From the IMG/VR virus record IMGVR_UViG_2703718791_000013: DNA of 33,668 nt. One strand, given 5' to 3'. Below the pieces are notes generated by a model. It was not told the origin of the DNA. It was given only the letters and a program-made list of their open reading frames with translations, and did not search any database. This document shows, in pieces, positions 1 to 10,948 of the stretch (position 1 is the first letter of the stretch; the number at the start of each line of letters is the position of its first letter). The translations under genes were made by a program, and so were the position numbers. The DNA is from a virus. Lineage: Duplodnaviria; Heunggongvirae; Uroviricota; Caudoviricetes.

Positions 1-908
1 TGTGTATGACTGGATGGTGCCTTTCCGGCTGCTAGATCGTATGCAGCTTTAACCGCTTTTGGAGTTGCAGCTAATGTTTCAGATGTGCTGTTGGTGTCGC
101 TACTGAGCTGAACTATCCCTTTTTGTGTCGTGGTTGCATCCTGGGCTGTATACTTCCCGTTAGCCGAATCATATGCAGCCTTGAGAGCTTTCGGTGTGGC
201 GGCCAGCACTTCAGACGTGCTGTTAGTGGCACTACTGAGCTGAACTAATCCCTTTTGCGTTGTGCTTGCATCCTGCGCCGTATACTTGCTTTTCGCCAGA
301 TCGTAGGCTTTTTTAACTGCCAGCGAACTCGCAGCAACATCACTTCTGGTACTGGTTACAGAGTCTGAAATATCAATGCCGATCGTGCGGTTGATACGCT
401 CGGATGTATCAATCATCTCTTGAGTAATGGTAGATACGCCAGCAGGGATATTCACCGTACAAACCAGCAGTTCCCCATCACCTAACTGATATGAATCGGT
501 ATAGGTTCTGGCAACAAATTCAGCTGCATGAATATGTGACGCGGTATTCACCTGATAGGTATCTTCTCCAAGAAGGTATCTTCCCTTCAGCACAATTGCA
601 TATTTCTTGCCTGCGTTAAGTGCAAGAGAGATATCCTTACGATGCTGAATAGTTACCTGGTAGAATTCACCAATATCCACTGACGCCGCGCCAGCGGTTT
701 TATCTCCATCCACTGAGGTGATTAACAGGTTCATCCCACCGCCAGGCTTAGGCAAGAAACCAGCATAAAATCCCGGGTCAACAATTCCCCTGAATTTTCG
801 GTTTAGAGCGGCTGACAGATATGGTTCGTGGTATTGCACATCAGCCACCAGAGCCAACGACTCGGGTGATGGGTAAGTAACCGATGTAACAACTGTAACG
901 TCATTCAT
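1..908 (-). CDS. S: Tail fibre protein, N-terminal part (start codon at 908; gene runs past the window start)
   Basis: Minus-strand frame open from 908 to position 1. My translation begins MNDVTVVTSVTYPSPESLALVADVQYHEPYL and contains repeated AQDA-TTQKG-VQLSS-TNSTSE-LAATPKA-KAAYD fibre motifs, recalled as the P1 S N-terminus. Not in the ORF track because it is truncated by the window edge. Confidence 0.65.
   Translation of the reverse strand, partial: MNDVTVVTSVTYPSPESLALVADVQYHEPYLSAALNRKFRGIVDPGFYAGFLPKPGGGMNLLITSVDGDKTAGAASVDIGEFYQVTIQHRKDISLALNAGKKYAIVLKGRYLLGEDTYQVNTASHIHAAEFVARTYTDSYQLGDGELLVCTVNIPAGVSTITQEMIDTSERINRTIGIDISDSVTSTRSDVAASSLAVKKAYDLAKSKYTAQDASTTQKGLVQLSSATNSTSEVLAATPKALKAAYDSANGKYTAQDATTTQKGIVQLSSDTNSTSETLAATPKAVKAAYDLAAGKAPSSHT
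36..360 (-). repeat. 132-bp imperfect tandem repeats inside the tail-fibre gene (about 2.5 copies)
   Basis: Repeat starts seen at 36, 168 and 300 (atcgtatgcagc / atcatatgcagc / atcgtaggc). Period 132 bp equals 44 codons, matching the repeated fibre peptide motif. Confidence 0.6.
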
Positions 909-919
909 CAAGCATATCC

Positions 920-1354
920 TTATGCTGTAGTCGAGTTTATGGCCATAACTGCGGTATATGTTTTGCCCACATACAGCGAGTCTTCCTGGACACAAATAAT
1001 GGCGATTGGCTTATTCTCGTTATCCAGAACAACCAGAGTGTTGAATGGGTAGTTTTTCCCTTCCTGCAACTGACTTTGATCAAGGTCCATTCGGACAGTA
1101 ATTATCCCGCCTGAGTAGGTTGGGACGAGGTTGATGGTGCAAAATTGACTGGTCAGTTCTGCCAGATCGAAAGCCTTAGGCAGTTCTCCAATCTCATAAG
1201 TGCCATCTCCTTTCTTAGTAACCAGTGAACTGGTACCAAAAACGGCCTTGCTGATTAAAAATCGAGAGCCTTTGTTAATGGACGATTCAGCGCGCCGCTG
1301 ATAGTAATAGTCCAACAACTGACTCTTATAGAGGTTTGTTGAGACGTCAGACAT
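920..1354 (-). CDS. Tail-fibre-associated structural protein, 144 aa (possibly P1 R)
   Basis: ORF track. Sits immediately upstream of the S start on the same strand. Name assigned by position only. Confidence 0.45.
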   Translation of the reverse strand: MSDVSTNLYKSQLLDYYYQRRAESSINKGSRFLISKAVFGTSSLVTKKGDGTYEIGELPKAFDLAELTSQFCTINLVPTYSGGIITVRMDLDQSQLQEGKNYPFNTLVVLDNENKPIAIICVQEDSLYVGKTYTAVMAINSTTA

Positions 1355-1384
1355 GATTTTCCCTAATCAATGTTGTGAAGCCTC

Positions 1385-1406
1385 ATTGTAAGATAAGTAA
1401 CTTGTC
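1385..1406 (-). promoter_or_regulatory. Candidate late promoter: GACAAGTTACTT-N4-TACAAT on the minus strand
   Basis: Same motif (RACAAGTnACTT, 4 nt, TAnAAT) recurs upstream of two other minus-strand structural operons (9645-9666 and 20729-20750). A GC-rich hairpin (caccccg...cggggtg) lies just upstream. Confidence 0.3.
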
Positions 1407-1432
1407 ACCCCGCCCTGCGGACGGGGTGATTG

Positions 1433-2272
1433 TCACGCATCGCTATCCAACAGCAAATCATCTGCGCGGGTGCGATCAAACGTAGGCGTTGCTTTCACAA
1501 TAGTGCCGCCCGGCGTTGCAGTGATCGGGGCGTTAATCGACGTAACTTCAGTAAGCGAAGTTGTATCCGAAGTTTCAAACCAGCAGAATGCTTTTTCGGT
1601 ATCAGAAATCTCATTCAAAGTAATCATGTCGGCCTGTTCATTTACAACAACCGACAAATAGAGCGTAAGCCCATCAAACACTATATGCAGTGGCAGTAGA
1701 GGCTTTACGAACTGATTAAACTTTCTGAGAATTTCTTCTGTAATTGCGGACTGATCTATCGTTCCAGTAATACCCATTGTCCGGGACAGGTCGTTTATGG
1801 GAATACTGATCATTCCTCTGGAAGTCAGAAACATCTCGCCGAATGTGCCGCCGGTGGTTTCCAGTGTGCTTTCTGGAATCAGGACCGTGCCATAGGGATG
1901 ACGTTCAAAGTCCACCGGAGCATATATGGGATCCCATAAAACCGATATACCGTTAAATTCGCGATAAATTGTCTGGTTTATAGGGCGTTCAGTACCCTTA
2001 AAATGGATCTCATCAAACCGCTGTTGTAACAACATCGGAACGGAAGATGAATTCGACGTCCTGATAGTAAAAAACTGGCCAAGTTCATTTGTCCTAGTCT
2101 CCAGATCCTCCTTGCTCATGGAGAAAATAGACTTCCGGTTGGTAATTCGCTCCAACCATGGGTCAACAAAGGTGTCCATCATTGACTGAACCAAATCAGC
2201 CAATGATTTATAAAGTAATGACTTTTGCTTAGCTGATGTAAGCCGGTTATTAAACCAGGAACGCTGCATCAC
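1433..2272 (-). CDS. Baseplate/tail structural protein, 279 aa
   Basis: ORF track. Its start overlaps the stop of the upstream gene (ATGA coupling). Position in tail module downstream of sit. Confidence 0.45.
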   Translation of the reverse strand: MMQRSWFNNRLTSAKQKSLLYKSLADLVQSMMDTFVDPWLERITNRKSIFSMSKEDLETRTNELGQFFTIRTSNSSSVPMLLQQRFDEIHFKGTERPINQTIYREFNGISVLWDPIYAPVDFERHPYGTVLIPESTLETTGGTFGEMFLTSRGMISIPINDLSRTMGITGTIDQSAITEEILRKFNQFVKPLLPLHIVFDGLTLYLSVVVNEQADMITLNEISDTEKAFCWFETSDTTSLTEVTSINAPITATPGGTIVKATPTFDRTRADDLLLDSDA

Positions 2273-3702
2273 TCCTCCTCATACGAAATATTAAAGGTGG
2301 AGTTTTCTGTATCCAGATAAACGAAATCGTAAAAGCCGTTGGACTCATTCCACTCGACAAATTCCAGATAAAAGTCGCGGAAATAACCCAGCGTTTCGAT
2401 AAATGCCCAAACGTCTTTTTTCTTGATTAGGATGTACTTGCCGACACGGTTCGGATCAAAGAAAGTTGAGTCACGCCCAAATTTTGTTTCCAGTGCCGAC
2501 TTCAGCTCATCAGTCACGTTCTCAATGGTCAGGCTTGCCGATATCCGCCCAGTGATGGTGATCTTAAAGGGGAGTTTTCTGACCTCTTTATACGAGAATT
2601 TCTTGTTCAACTCATTCGGCACCTTCTTAAAGGCAGCCAGGATCATTTCTTCAAGCTCTGACTGGCTTTTGTTTGGATGCCATCCTGAAATAAATATCTT
2701 ATTGATATTCCGAACATTATAAGCACCATCTAATTTCTCTTGCTGGCCTTCGCCCCATGCCTTTACCCAGGACAGTCCCGGGATGTTACGCACCAGAAAA
2801 TACGTATAGTCCCCGCCCCATACGACCTGATCATCATAGGCAAGGTAATATTGTGCACGATTACGTGTGATCTCCGTTGTTTCGGCATCGGTACCTGCGG
2901 TTATGGGTGTCGTTGTCTTAACTGAAATCAAATTAGCTAAATTAGCCGCAGAATCGACAGGAGTCAGGTTTTGGCCAGCAACCAGGGTTATATCTCCGTT
3001 GGTGCACCATACCTTAAGTGTAATGGTCGAGCCTTCTGGCGGTATTTGCCCAATTAGCCCATCACCGAATCGAACCCCCAACTGCTCGGATGGCTTATAA
3101 AACTCAACGTAGACCTGGCTTTTACTACCGGCTAACCGGAACATAGTGCTGGAAGACCACTGCGTGGTCTTACCATCGGTCGTCACGAATACTTCCAGCT
3201 TACAGCAGACAGCAGTGAGAGCCTTTGATAACACGACTTCCAGAAATTCTTTGGCTGCCGTAACGGTATATGTCACCTCCTGGATTTCCAACTGTGCCAC
3301 TTCTACCGTACCGGTGCCGTCAACCAACCTGCATACATCCATAGTCATGTAAGGGTACTGGTCGTCAGATATTAAAGGCATGTTTTTGGGGATTACCGCT
3401 GGGGCATCTTCACTTGTGGCGGTGATCTCAATCATCCCCGATGACGGTGTTGGCTTGGTACCAACGTAACTATTCGTTTCTGCCGCTGCCAGGATAGAGG
3501 AACGCCGCGTCGCGGTCGATATAAAGCCTTCAGCCAGCGCCGCATCGGCATACTGAAAGCACCTGTAGACAATCTGGGTAATAAACAATGTCAGCATCGA
3601 GACAAATTGAGAGCCGACAAACTTCGACCAGAATGAATCTTTCTCGACAAGCTCTTCAAACTCTGCACGAATACTGTCTTTAGTCGGTGTTGTTTTACTC
3701 AT
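2269..3702 (-). CDS. Baseplate protein, 477 aa (P1 BplA-like by position)
   Basis: ORF track. Translationally coupled to both neighbours by overlapping stop/start codons. Confidence 0.45.
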   Translation of the reverse strand: MSKTTPTKDSIRAEFEELVEKDSFWSKFVGSQFVSMLTLFITQIVYRCFQYADAALAEGFISTATRRSSILAAAETNSYVGTKPTPSSGMIEITATSEDAPAVIPKNMPLISDDQYPYMTMDVCRLVDGTGTVEVAQLEIQEVTYTVTAAKEFLEVVLSKALTAVCCKLEVFVTTDGKTTQWSSSTMFRLAGSKSQVYVEFYKPSEQLGVRFGDGLIGQIPPEGSTITLKVWCTNGDITLVAGQNLTPVDSAANLANLISVKTTTPITAGTDAETTEITRNRAQYYLAYDDQVVWGGDYTYFLVRNIPGLSWVKAWGEGQQEKLDGAYNVRNINKIFISGWHPNKSQSELEEMILAAFKKVPNELNKKFSYKEVRKLPFKITITGRISASLTIENVTDELKSALETKFGRDSTFFDPNRVGKYILIKKKDVWAFIETLGYFRDFYLEFVEWNESNGFYDFVYLDTENSTFNISYEEE

Positions 3703-4058
3703 AGCACCACGTCCTGTGTGATAGTTATATCCCTGATACGAATGGATATTTTCAACTTATCAAAAGCATCTCCCTCGGCTACTGACAAGCCAGAAATCGG
3801 TATGTCAGGTAAATCTACCGTCAGTTTTTGCAACAGCATTGCCTCAACCGCAATTTGAACATGCGACAAGTTGGTCGGTTCGTGTTTAAACTGCGGTAAA
3901 ACATTGCCCCATGACGGATCTCCGTATACCTCACCCTGATAAGTGTTTAGCCACTCATATAAACGAGCGCCCCAGGCCTCCTCCTGGGACTCATACGTTT
4001 TTACGCCGGATAACTCCAGCGTCAGTAAAGGATCAATTTCATTATTGTTGGCCATCAA
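3699..4058 (-). CDS. Small tail morphogenesis protein, 119 aa
   Basis: ORF track. Starts inside the sit stop region (overlap at 4055-4058). Confidence 0.45.
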   Translation of the reverse strand: MMANNNEIDPLLTLELSGVKTYESQEEAWGARLYEWLNTYQGEVYGDPSWGNVLPQFKHEPTNLSHVQIAVEAMLLQKLTVDLPDIPISGLSVAEGDAFDKLKISIRIRDITITQDVVL

Positions 4059-7000
4059 TCAACTCTCGCGTAGTCATTCATCAACGGATCATCAATTGAC
4101 AGTGGCACCGTGCGCATAACGCCCGGTTGAGGCGTGCTGACCTTTACGACAGTTCCCTGGCCTTTCGCCGAGTCTTTAGTGTGCTCTTCAATCCTGGCAA
4201 GCAATGAGGTCATCTGCGCAAACAGCCGCTTCGTTTCACCATCAAGTGAAACGGTATTATCAGCCAACTGCATTGTCGGCTTGGCACCGGAGCCGCCAAG
4301 GTCACTAATAACCTGTCCGTCTATCTGCATACGACCGGTTGGTTGCTGCAAATCGTTGGCGGCAGTCGTCACCTGGGACGTGGAGGCTGGTTCAGGCGCA
4401 TTATTTTTCCGCATCCCCGGCGAGTTGCGGAGTTTATCAAATAGCCCATCAATCCCCATTTGTGCGCCGAGTTGGTCAAAGTAACTTGAGTTGCTGGCCA
4501 CCGGACGCGCCTCTTCAACTGGCATCGGAGTATCAACATACACATTGCCAGCTGCTGTTGCGGTCCCCTTCCCTCGTGCACGTTCTTCGAGCGTTCCCTG
4601 AACGACTTCCCGACGCATACCCCGGCCATTCATGAATTTGTTGACCAGATCGTTAACGCCAACAGCATTGCCAATTTTGTCTACCAGACCGCCTTTCTCA
4701 AACGGGCTATCACCAGGGGTAAACGCCAGGCCAGTAGACTGATCGATAACAGCGTTATCAGGCAGTGGTCCCCTCACTCCATATTGCGCCCCACCCTGTG
4801 CTCCTGCTCCAGGTGTATAGATTTCACCACCTAAATAGCGAGCACGATGAGTATTGACCTTGATCGCGTACTCACGGTTTTCTTTCGATAAGTCACCTGT
4901 GCCTTTTTTCCACTTATTGATAGTGCCAAACCCAGCATTATATGCAGTGATGGCCTCGTTTAAGTCTCCATTGGCTTGCTTCAGATATTTGCTCATGAGA
5001 AGAGCCGCAGCTTCTGCCGATTTCACAGGATCAAACGATTCACCTTCAGCTAAGCCAGTCTCTTCACGAGCAATCCCCGTGAACTGAAACATCCCCAGAG
5101 CACCGGTTTGGGATTTTGCATACGGATTACCACCAGATTCAGTTGCAGCAATCGCGTAAAGAGTGCCTTCTGGAAGACCGTATTTATTCTCTAGTTCGGC
5201 AAAATACGGAGCCAACTTATCGAGATTTGCCTTACCTTCAGCGCCAAGACTTCCGACTTTTACATCCAAGTTGCCATTGTTGTAGGTATCCGCAGCTTTC
5301 TGAATGTCATTCCTGGTGCCAGTGGTATTAAGCGACGATGATGACGAGCTATTTTGACCAATAGCTTTATCAATTTTCTGCAACGCGCTATTGCCCGTTT
5401 CTACGGCATTTGCATTGATAATCTGATTAGCAGTTTCTTTAACTGTTTTATTGCTATCTTTCGCCGTGTCCAGTGCCGCATTTATCACGCGGGTAACAAT
5501 ATTAGTCTGTTTGGCATCGGATTCAGTTTTAGAATCAGATGTCTCCTGGTGGCTATTAACCGGAGCTTTTAACTCTGGAGTGATTTCTTTCGCATTAGCC
5601 TCGCCGATCGGATTGGGTATTTTTGATACAATCATTGCCGCAGGGGTATTTTTAACGGCATCAACCGCTGCATCTAATGCTTTACCTGGTAAATTTTTAA
5701 CCCCATCCCAAATATTACCAGCCGCCTCTTTAATGTGTTTCCCTGGGTTCTTAATGAAATCAATTGCACTATCAATTGCATCACTGAAAACCTGTTTCAG
5801 GTTATCGACAGTAAAGAAGTCTTTGATGGCATCCAGCTTTTCAAGCAGCTTATTAGATGTATCGCTAAACCATGCTGAAACAGCATCACCAATCTTTGCT
5901 GTGTAATCATCGAACTTGGTAGAAATGGTGTCGCCAAGGTTAGAAATATATGTTTCTAAGTTGGTAATCCCACTATCAATGGCATGGGCAATACTTTCCG
6001 TCGAAAATGATTGCAACATATTGCCGATATCCTCAAATCCAAGTGATTTGAGAACCTCACCAATGGCGCTGCTAATACCAGATACCAGTCCCCCCATATC
6101 AAGAATATTAGCTAACGTATAAGCGGCTTTTTGCTGGAATGATGGATCTTGTCCTGATTTAAGCCCAAACGCTCGACGTTGCGCTTCTGTATCATTCCAA
6201 CCGGTTACCGCATCATAAATACCTCCAACCACTGTGCCGACTAGGGGAATTGCGCGTAACGCCCCTTTACCAACTGCCTTTAATCCAAGTTTACCTGCTG
6301 CCCGGGCAGCCAAATCTCCGCCTTCATGGGCGAGAGTCTTCTTACCACCACCGCGTAGCATTCCTACAAGTTTCTTTGCCCCCAGAGCGCCAAAAGCGAG
6401 TGCTCCAGCTTTTTTCAGCATGCCACGCCCCATTAACAACGACGCGACGCCACCGGCCCCCTTCCCTAACAGGCTAAATAGTTTGGACAGCAAGCCGCCC
6501 TTCTTTTTCCCGGTGTTTTTGGCTATCTGATCAAGGGCGCTGAGAATCTTGTCATTGCCCTCTTTAATTTCGCTGGTCTGCTCCTGAAGTTCCTGAACCG
6601 TCCGTTTTTGGGTGTTAACCTGAACGACATCGGCACTATTTTGCGATTTACGCCTAAAAAAACCTTTTCTACGGCTGTTATCGTCATTGCCACGAATCAC
6701 ATCGGCAATAGACTTTCTGGCACCATTAAGCGATCCGCCAACTTCTTTTGATATCCCGCCAAGCTCCTTCCCTGCTGCCCACAATGGACCTGCAACGGCA
6801 TAACCTAACGCATCGACAGCACGAGTCTCTGAAGGGTTACCTATGCCTTCAGCTACTTTTGACAGTTTTTTTAATAAACCTGATTCAGCATTTAGACGCT
6901 CATCATCCTCTTTTCGCCTGGCCTTTTCTGCTCGTTCAGCACGGGCATCTTCCGCTGCGGCCTTACTCCCTGACTTTCCAATAAAACGACCACGCGCATC

Positions 7001-7447
7001 GCGTTGGTTTTGGCTTTTTTGCGCACCGCCTTTTTGACCGAACATTTCGCGAGCGTGTTCGGCTGCTTCGGTCCGTTGTGCCTTTACATCCTCTGGTATA
7101 GCCTTCCTGCGTCGTTTTTTACCCTTTGGTGTGGTTGATTTGGCCCGCTGTTCCTGTTGAGCAACATCTTCCTGAACTACACGAGAAACGTCCCCTAAAT
7201 TAAGCCGTTTCATTGCCTCAACAATAGGGTCCACTGATGGCGCATTGGCCACAAAGTCTGGCCGGGAATTTTCGATTGTGCGATTTAATGCCGACACACT
7301 GCGAGAGACAGGATCAACAGTTGCAACGCGTCCCCCTTTCAAATCTTCAACAGCTTCCCGGATACCTGCAAGCTCTTCCAGCTCTTTTGCACTGGCGGTT
7401 TCAACTGTCCTTATAACATCGTCAATGTTGGCGTTTTTTCTTTCCAT
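4055..7447 (-). CDS. sit: Sit-like tape-measure/injection protein with an internal lytic transglycosylase domain, 1130 aa
   Basis: ORF track. Contains the SLT active-site signature ESGGNPYAKSQTGALGMFQF followed by AYNAG. Long low-complexity Gly/Ala/Lys-rich N-terminal half typical of tape-measure proteins. Confidence 0.85.
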   Translation of the reverse strand: MERKNANIDDVIRTVETASAKELEELAGIREAVEDLKGGRVATVDPVSRSVSALNRTIENSRPDFVANAPSVDPIVEAMKRLNLGDVSRVVQEDVAQQEQRAKSTTPKGKKRRRKAIPEDVKAQRTEAAEHAREMFGQKGGAQKSQNQRDARGRFIGKSGSKAAAEDARAERAEKARRKEDDERLNAESGLLKKLSKVAEGIGNPSETRAVDALGYAVAGPLWAAGKELGGISKEVGGSLNGARKSIADVIRGNDDNSRRKGFFRRKSQNSADVVQVNTQKRTVQELQEQTSEIKEGNDKILSALDQIAKNTGKKKGGLLSKLFSLLGKGAGGVASLLMGRGMLKKAGALAFGALGAKKLVGMLRGGGKKTLAHEGGDLAARAAGKLGLKAVGKGALRAIPLVGTVVGGIYDAVTGWNDTEAQRRAFGLKSGQDPSFQQKAAYTLANILDMGGLVSGISSAIGEVLKSLGFEDIGNMLQSFSTESIAHAIDSGITNLETYISNLGDTISTKFDDYTAKIGDAVSAWFSDTSNKLLEKLDAIKDFFTVDNLKQVFSDAIDSAIDFIKNPGKHIKEAAGNIWDGVKNLPGKALDAAVDAVKNTPAAMIVSKIPNPIGEANAKEITPELKAPVNSHQETSDSKTESDAKQTNIVTRVINAALDTAKDSNKTVKETANQIINANAVETGNSALQKIDKAIGQNSSSSSSLNTTGTRNDIQKAADTYNNGNLDVKVGSLGAEGKANLDKLAPYFAELENKYGLPEGTLYAIAATESGGNPYAKSQTGALGMFQFTGIAREETGLAEGESFDPVKSAEAAALLMSKYLKQANGDLNEAITAYNAGFGTINKWKKGTGDLSKENREYAIKVNTHRARYLGGEIYTPGAGAQGGAQYGVRGPLPDNAVIDQSTGLAFTPGDSPFEKGGLVDKIGNAVGVNDLVNKFMNGRGMRREVVQGTLEERARGKGTATAAGNVYVDTPMPVEEARPVASNSSYFDQLGAQMGIDGLFDKLRNSPGMRKNNAPEPASTSQVTTAANDLQQPTGRMQIDGQVISDLGGSGAKPTMQLADNTVSLDGETKRLFAQMTSLLARIEEHTKDSAKGQGTVVKVSTPQPGVMRTVPLSIDDPLMNDYARVD

Positions 7448-7528
7448 GATCTTATCGCCTACCGTTTCGGTTTAAGTTTTTCTTCCAGTTTCTCCAACAG
7501 GAAAAACGCATAGGATTCAGTAAGCCTT

Positions 7529-8410
7529 TCAGCGTCCTGAATCGGTATACCCCCATACAAAACCAGGTTGGACACTAAGGTCTGATAGCTTTTCAATCCC
7601 CACCTGTGGAATGAAGTCGGTAGCCCGAAAGGGCACCCACAGACGGGTATACGCACCCTCTGTGGACTCCTTTTTATCCTGATTTGGGCATTTATGCGGC
7701 GGGAGACGAAGACGCATTTCACCTTTATCGATGTAGCACGGTAAACCATGTTCGAGCTTTTCATGAGCCAGTCGGATGTGTGCCGCCAGCTTCATAAATT
7801 CAGTATCAATGGCCATCCGTTTAATCGTTTCATAACGACGCTCAGCCTGATCTTCACGAGTACCGCTAACATCGTTATAAAGCTCACACTGATAAGCGAA
7901 TTCCCAAAAACGCAAATCAACGATCGCTTCTTTGAATTCCGCGTCGTCTTCAGGTGGCAATGCTGCACGGCGCATCTCCAGCATTTCCATTGCCCAACCA
8001 TCAAGCGGCACGATACGCCATTGATAAGGTACTCCCTCTACAGACACCTCAATATCGTCAATGAAAGGTTCCACTTCCAGGACCTGGATATCTTCAGCCA
8101 GAGCATTCATATCGCAATCGTAATAATGCTCTTTACCGCAATGTTTACAGGTGTAAGTGAATGTCTCGACCGGTGTTTCACGGGAGCCGGTAAATATCCA
8201 CCATAACGCGGTAATCCGGTCCTGCGCCGTCCATGTCAGGGGATCATGTTTCGCGGGTTCAGCCAGCAAGGCTTTTAAATACGCCGTTGTCTGTTGTTCT
8301 TGTTCCTCCGGTGTTATCGAGTTGAAACGCATCGCATCAGCAATATTTGGCTGACGGAACTGGATCAATTCAGTTGGCCGCGATGGTAGCGGGAAAAGGG
8401 GTAAAAGCAT
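7529..8410 (-). CDS. Tail morphogenesis protein, 293 aa, with a Cys cluster (CKHCGKEHYYDCD)
   Basis: ORF track. Upstream of sit on the same strand. Confidence 0.45.
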   Translation of the reverse strand: MLLPLFPLPSRPTELIQFRQPNIADAMRFNSITPEEQEQQTTAYLKALLAEPAKHDPLTWTAQDRITALWWIFTGSRETPVETFTYTCKHCGKEHYYDCDMNALAEDIQVLEVEPFIDDIEVSVEGVPYQWRIVPLDGWAMEMLEMRRAALPPEDDAEFKEAIVDLRFWEFAYQCELYNDVSGTREDQAERRYETIKRMAIDTEFMKLAAHIRLAHEKLEHGLPCYIDKGEMRLRLPPHKCPNQDKKESTEGAYTRLWVPFRATDFIPQVGIEKLSDLSVQPGFVWGYTDSGR

Positions 8411-8424
8411 CCTTGCTCCTTAAT

Positions 8425-9036
8425 TCAAAGAGAAAAACTAAAGCCCAGAAGGGAAGCCAAAGAACTTGAGGATTGGTTAAACGTGCTGTGCAATGCGAAG
8501 GTCATTGGGAATGACTTAAATTCCGTAACCTGATCCCGCGCATAGGTGACATCGCCGGTAGTGACCGGGAATACAGTCATCTCATTTTCCAGTTTGGTTA
8601 AGCCGGAAGACAGCAACCGATAAATACGCACATTGAGCAAATATTTAGACGGTATATTCCCGGTACCGTCTGGATTAATCACCCGACTTTTTGCCGTCTT
8701 AAACCAGTCCAAAACGAGGCCATCAACGGTATCCCTGACCATCATTGTTATCTGCCCTGGCGAACGCTCCGTTGGTTGAAGGATATTCCCTCCGCCGATT
8801 TTAATCGTTTCATATTCGATGCTGTAATCGTGGTAGGTAATATCTTTGGCAAAGAAGTCTGCTCCCTCCAGTCCATCAACTTCGACAGAGAACTGCCATC
8901 CTTGCGCGAACAGCATTTTGTTCATGATGATTGACGTCAGCTTACCAACTTCCCGCTCACCAACGCCGGAGCCAAATAATGTCGTCGTTAATGCCGAAGA
9001 TACATAAGACTTTACTGAAGCAACATTAAGCCCCAT
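8425..9036 (-). CDS. Tail structural protein, 203 aa (possibly tube, P1 TubB-like by position)
   Basis: ORF track, position only. Confidence 0.4.
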   Translation of the reverse strand: MGLNVASVKSYVSSALTTTLFGSGVGEREVGKLTSIIMNKMLFAQGWQFSVEVDGLEGADFFAKDITYHDYSIEYETIKIGGGNILQPTERSPGQITMMVRDTVDGLVLDWFKTAKSRVINPDGTGNIPSKYLLNVRIYRLLSSGLTKLENEMTVFPVTTGDVTYARDQVTEFKSFPMTFALHSTFNQSSSSLASLLGFSFSL

Positions 9037-9046
9037 ATCAGCCCCC

Positions 9047-9637
<591 letters not shown>

Positions 9638-9644
9638 TTAACCG

Positions 9645-9666
9645 ATTCTACGAGTAGTCATTTGTT
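9645..9666 (-). promoter_or_regulatory. Candidate late promoter AACAAATGACTA-N4-TAGAAT, embedded in a 10-bp perfect inverted repeat (9620-9629 / 9644-9653)
   Basis: Motif shared with 1385-1406 and 20729-20750. The inverted repeat tcgtagaatc...gattctacga overlaps the -10 and the ribosome-binding region of the first tail gene. Confidence 0.3.
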
Positions 9667-9764
9667 CATTGAGTAGGAATATTGTTGTCTGGGGGGTAAT
9701 CAGTGTAGGTGGAATGAGGGATATGATATGGTTATCACATAATCAGGTTGTTTTGAGTAAAACA

Positions 9765-9797
9765 ATAAAACGCCCTTTAATGGGCGTTTTTTTAAAA
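9765..9797. terminator. Bidirectional intrinsic terminator (aaacgccc-tttaat-gggcgttt flanked by A and T runs)
   Basis: Hairpin with T-run on the + strand and, read on the minus strand, followed by ttattgtttt. Sits directly after the stop of the 9823..10602 gene. Confidence 0.5.
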
Positions 9798-9822
9798 CTT
9801 AAATTGACTATCCTTTCAAATA

Positions 9823-10602
9823 CTATTTTAATTCTATGTAATTTTTAAATTCTCCCTCATATTTATACATGATGCTATCAAATCCTTCCATTACATCAAC
9901 GAATTGTTGTGAACATTCCGGCTTCCAAGGCGTACACTTACGAACCATATCCATTTTTTTCTTATCCTTCGTTGTATCGACTAAGGATAGGTACCCTATA
10001 AAATTCATCATCTGAACAGGATCTTGATTTGTGAATATATATTTGACGTTTTGCTTAGTAGGCGAAAAAGAATCAAAAGCAGGGAACATATATTCACCAG
10101 AAAAAGAGAGTGCAGCATCAATGACGTCTGTTGCAGGAGTGCAGTTGCTCAGAATTGGCACTAAGCTAAAATTAGCACCTGAGCACACTGCATATATATC
10201 ATCCCCTTTTTTTAGTTTTAACAGAGAGTCTTGCTTTGAATCCAATATTTTCAATTTGATATAATTTAGTGGCGTTGCATTTTCCCCTGGAGTAAATAAC
10301 TCTACAATTGGTTTATTATTCACCATTCTTATGGATTTTATTTCACCATACACAATTGGAATTGTGTTCCATTTTTCCTGAGCAGCAAATTCATTATCTT
10401 TAAAATCATTAACCAACTCAGATGGCAAATGATAACCAAATTGATTGTTCATTGCTTTCGAAGCAAATCCAGACAAATAGAATGCCCTTACTAAATCATA
10501 ATCTTTCTTTGAGGTAGAAAGCCAATCTGGCAATTTATTATCAGCTATCGCGCTTCCAGCAAAAATAGCACAACAAAATGTTATTACATTAAATAATTTC
10601 AT
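9823..10602 (-). CDS. Exported protein of unknown function, about 259 aa, Sec signal peptide MKLFNVITFCCAIFAGSAIA
   Basis: ORF track (9823..10635); I place the start at the Met preceding the hydrophobic signal segment. Visibly AT-rich coding sequence unlike the flanking phage backbone. Confidence 0.5.
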   Translation of the reverse strand: MKLFNVITFCCAIFAGSAIADNKLPDWLSTSKKDYDLVRAFYLSGFASKAMNNQFGYHLPSELVNDFKDNEFAAQEKWNTIPIVYGEIKSIRMVNNKPIVELFTPGENATPLNYIKLKILDSKQDSLLKLKKGDDIYAVCSGANFSLVPILSNCTPATDVIDAALSFSGEYMFPAFDSFSPTKQNVKYIFTNQDPVQMMNFIGYLSLVDTTKDKKKMDMVRKCTPWKPECSQQFVDVMEGFDSIMYKYEGEFKNYIELK

Positions 10603-10609
10603 TTTCCAT

Positions 10610-10927
10610 TCACTCATTAATCGGTTTAAACTCACTAATTAATTCACCAAGACTATTTGGGTATGCTTTATAAATAACATACTCCGAAGAGCCATCTGAA
10701 TATTGGTAAGCCCCATAACAGATCAGTTTATTTATTCCTTTCTGAATAGTTTTTTGATTATAAGAATCAACCACTGTTATTCCATATGACGATAATATTT
10801 CGTTATATTCTTCAATAAGAGCTTTTCTTGTTTCCACTGAATTACAATCTACCTTCGAAAAGTCAACTTCATCAGCAAAAACATTAAATGTTAAAAAGGA
10901 AAGCACTAAAAACAAACGAATCAGCAT
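10610..10927 (-). CDS. Small exported protein, about 105 aa, signal peptide MLIRLFLVLSFLTFNVFA
   Basis: ORF track (10610..10945); likely start at the internal Met that begins the signal peptide. AT-rich. Confidence 0.45.
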   Translation of the reverse strand: MLIRLFLVLSFLTFNVFADEVDFSKVDCNSVETRKALIEEYNEILSSYGITVVDSYNQKTIQKGINKLICYGAYQYSDGSSEYVIYKAYPNSLGELISEFKPINE

Positions 10928-10948
10928 AAATCCACTCCTACGCATGGA

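Noticed and set aside
4134-7475. Many 60-150 aa ORFs on the + strand inside sit
   Set aside because: Antisense to a 1130-aa gene with clear domain content; typical shadow frames.
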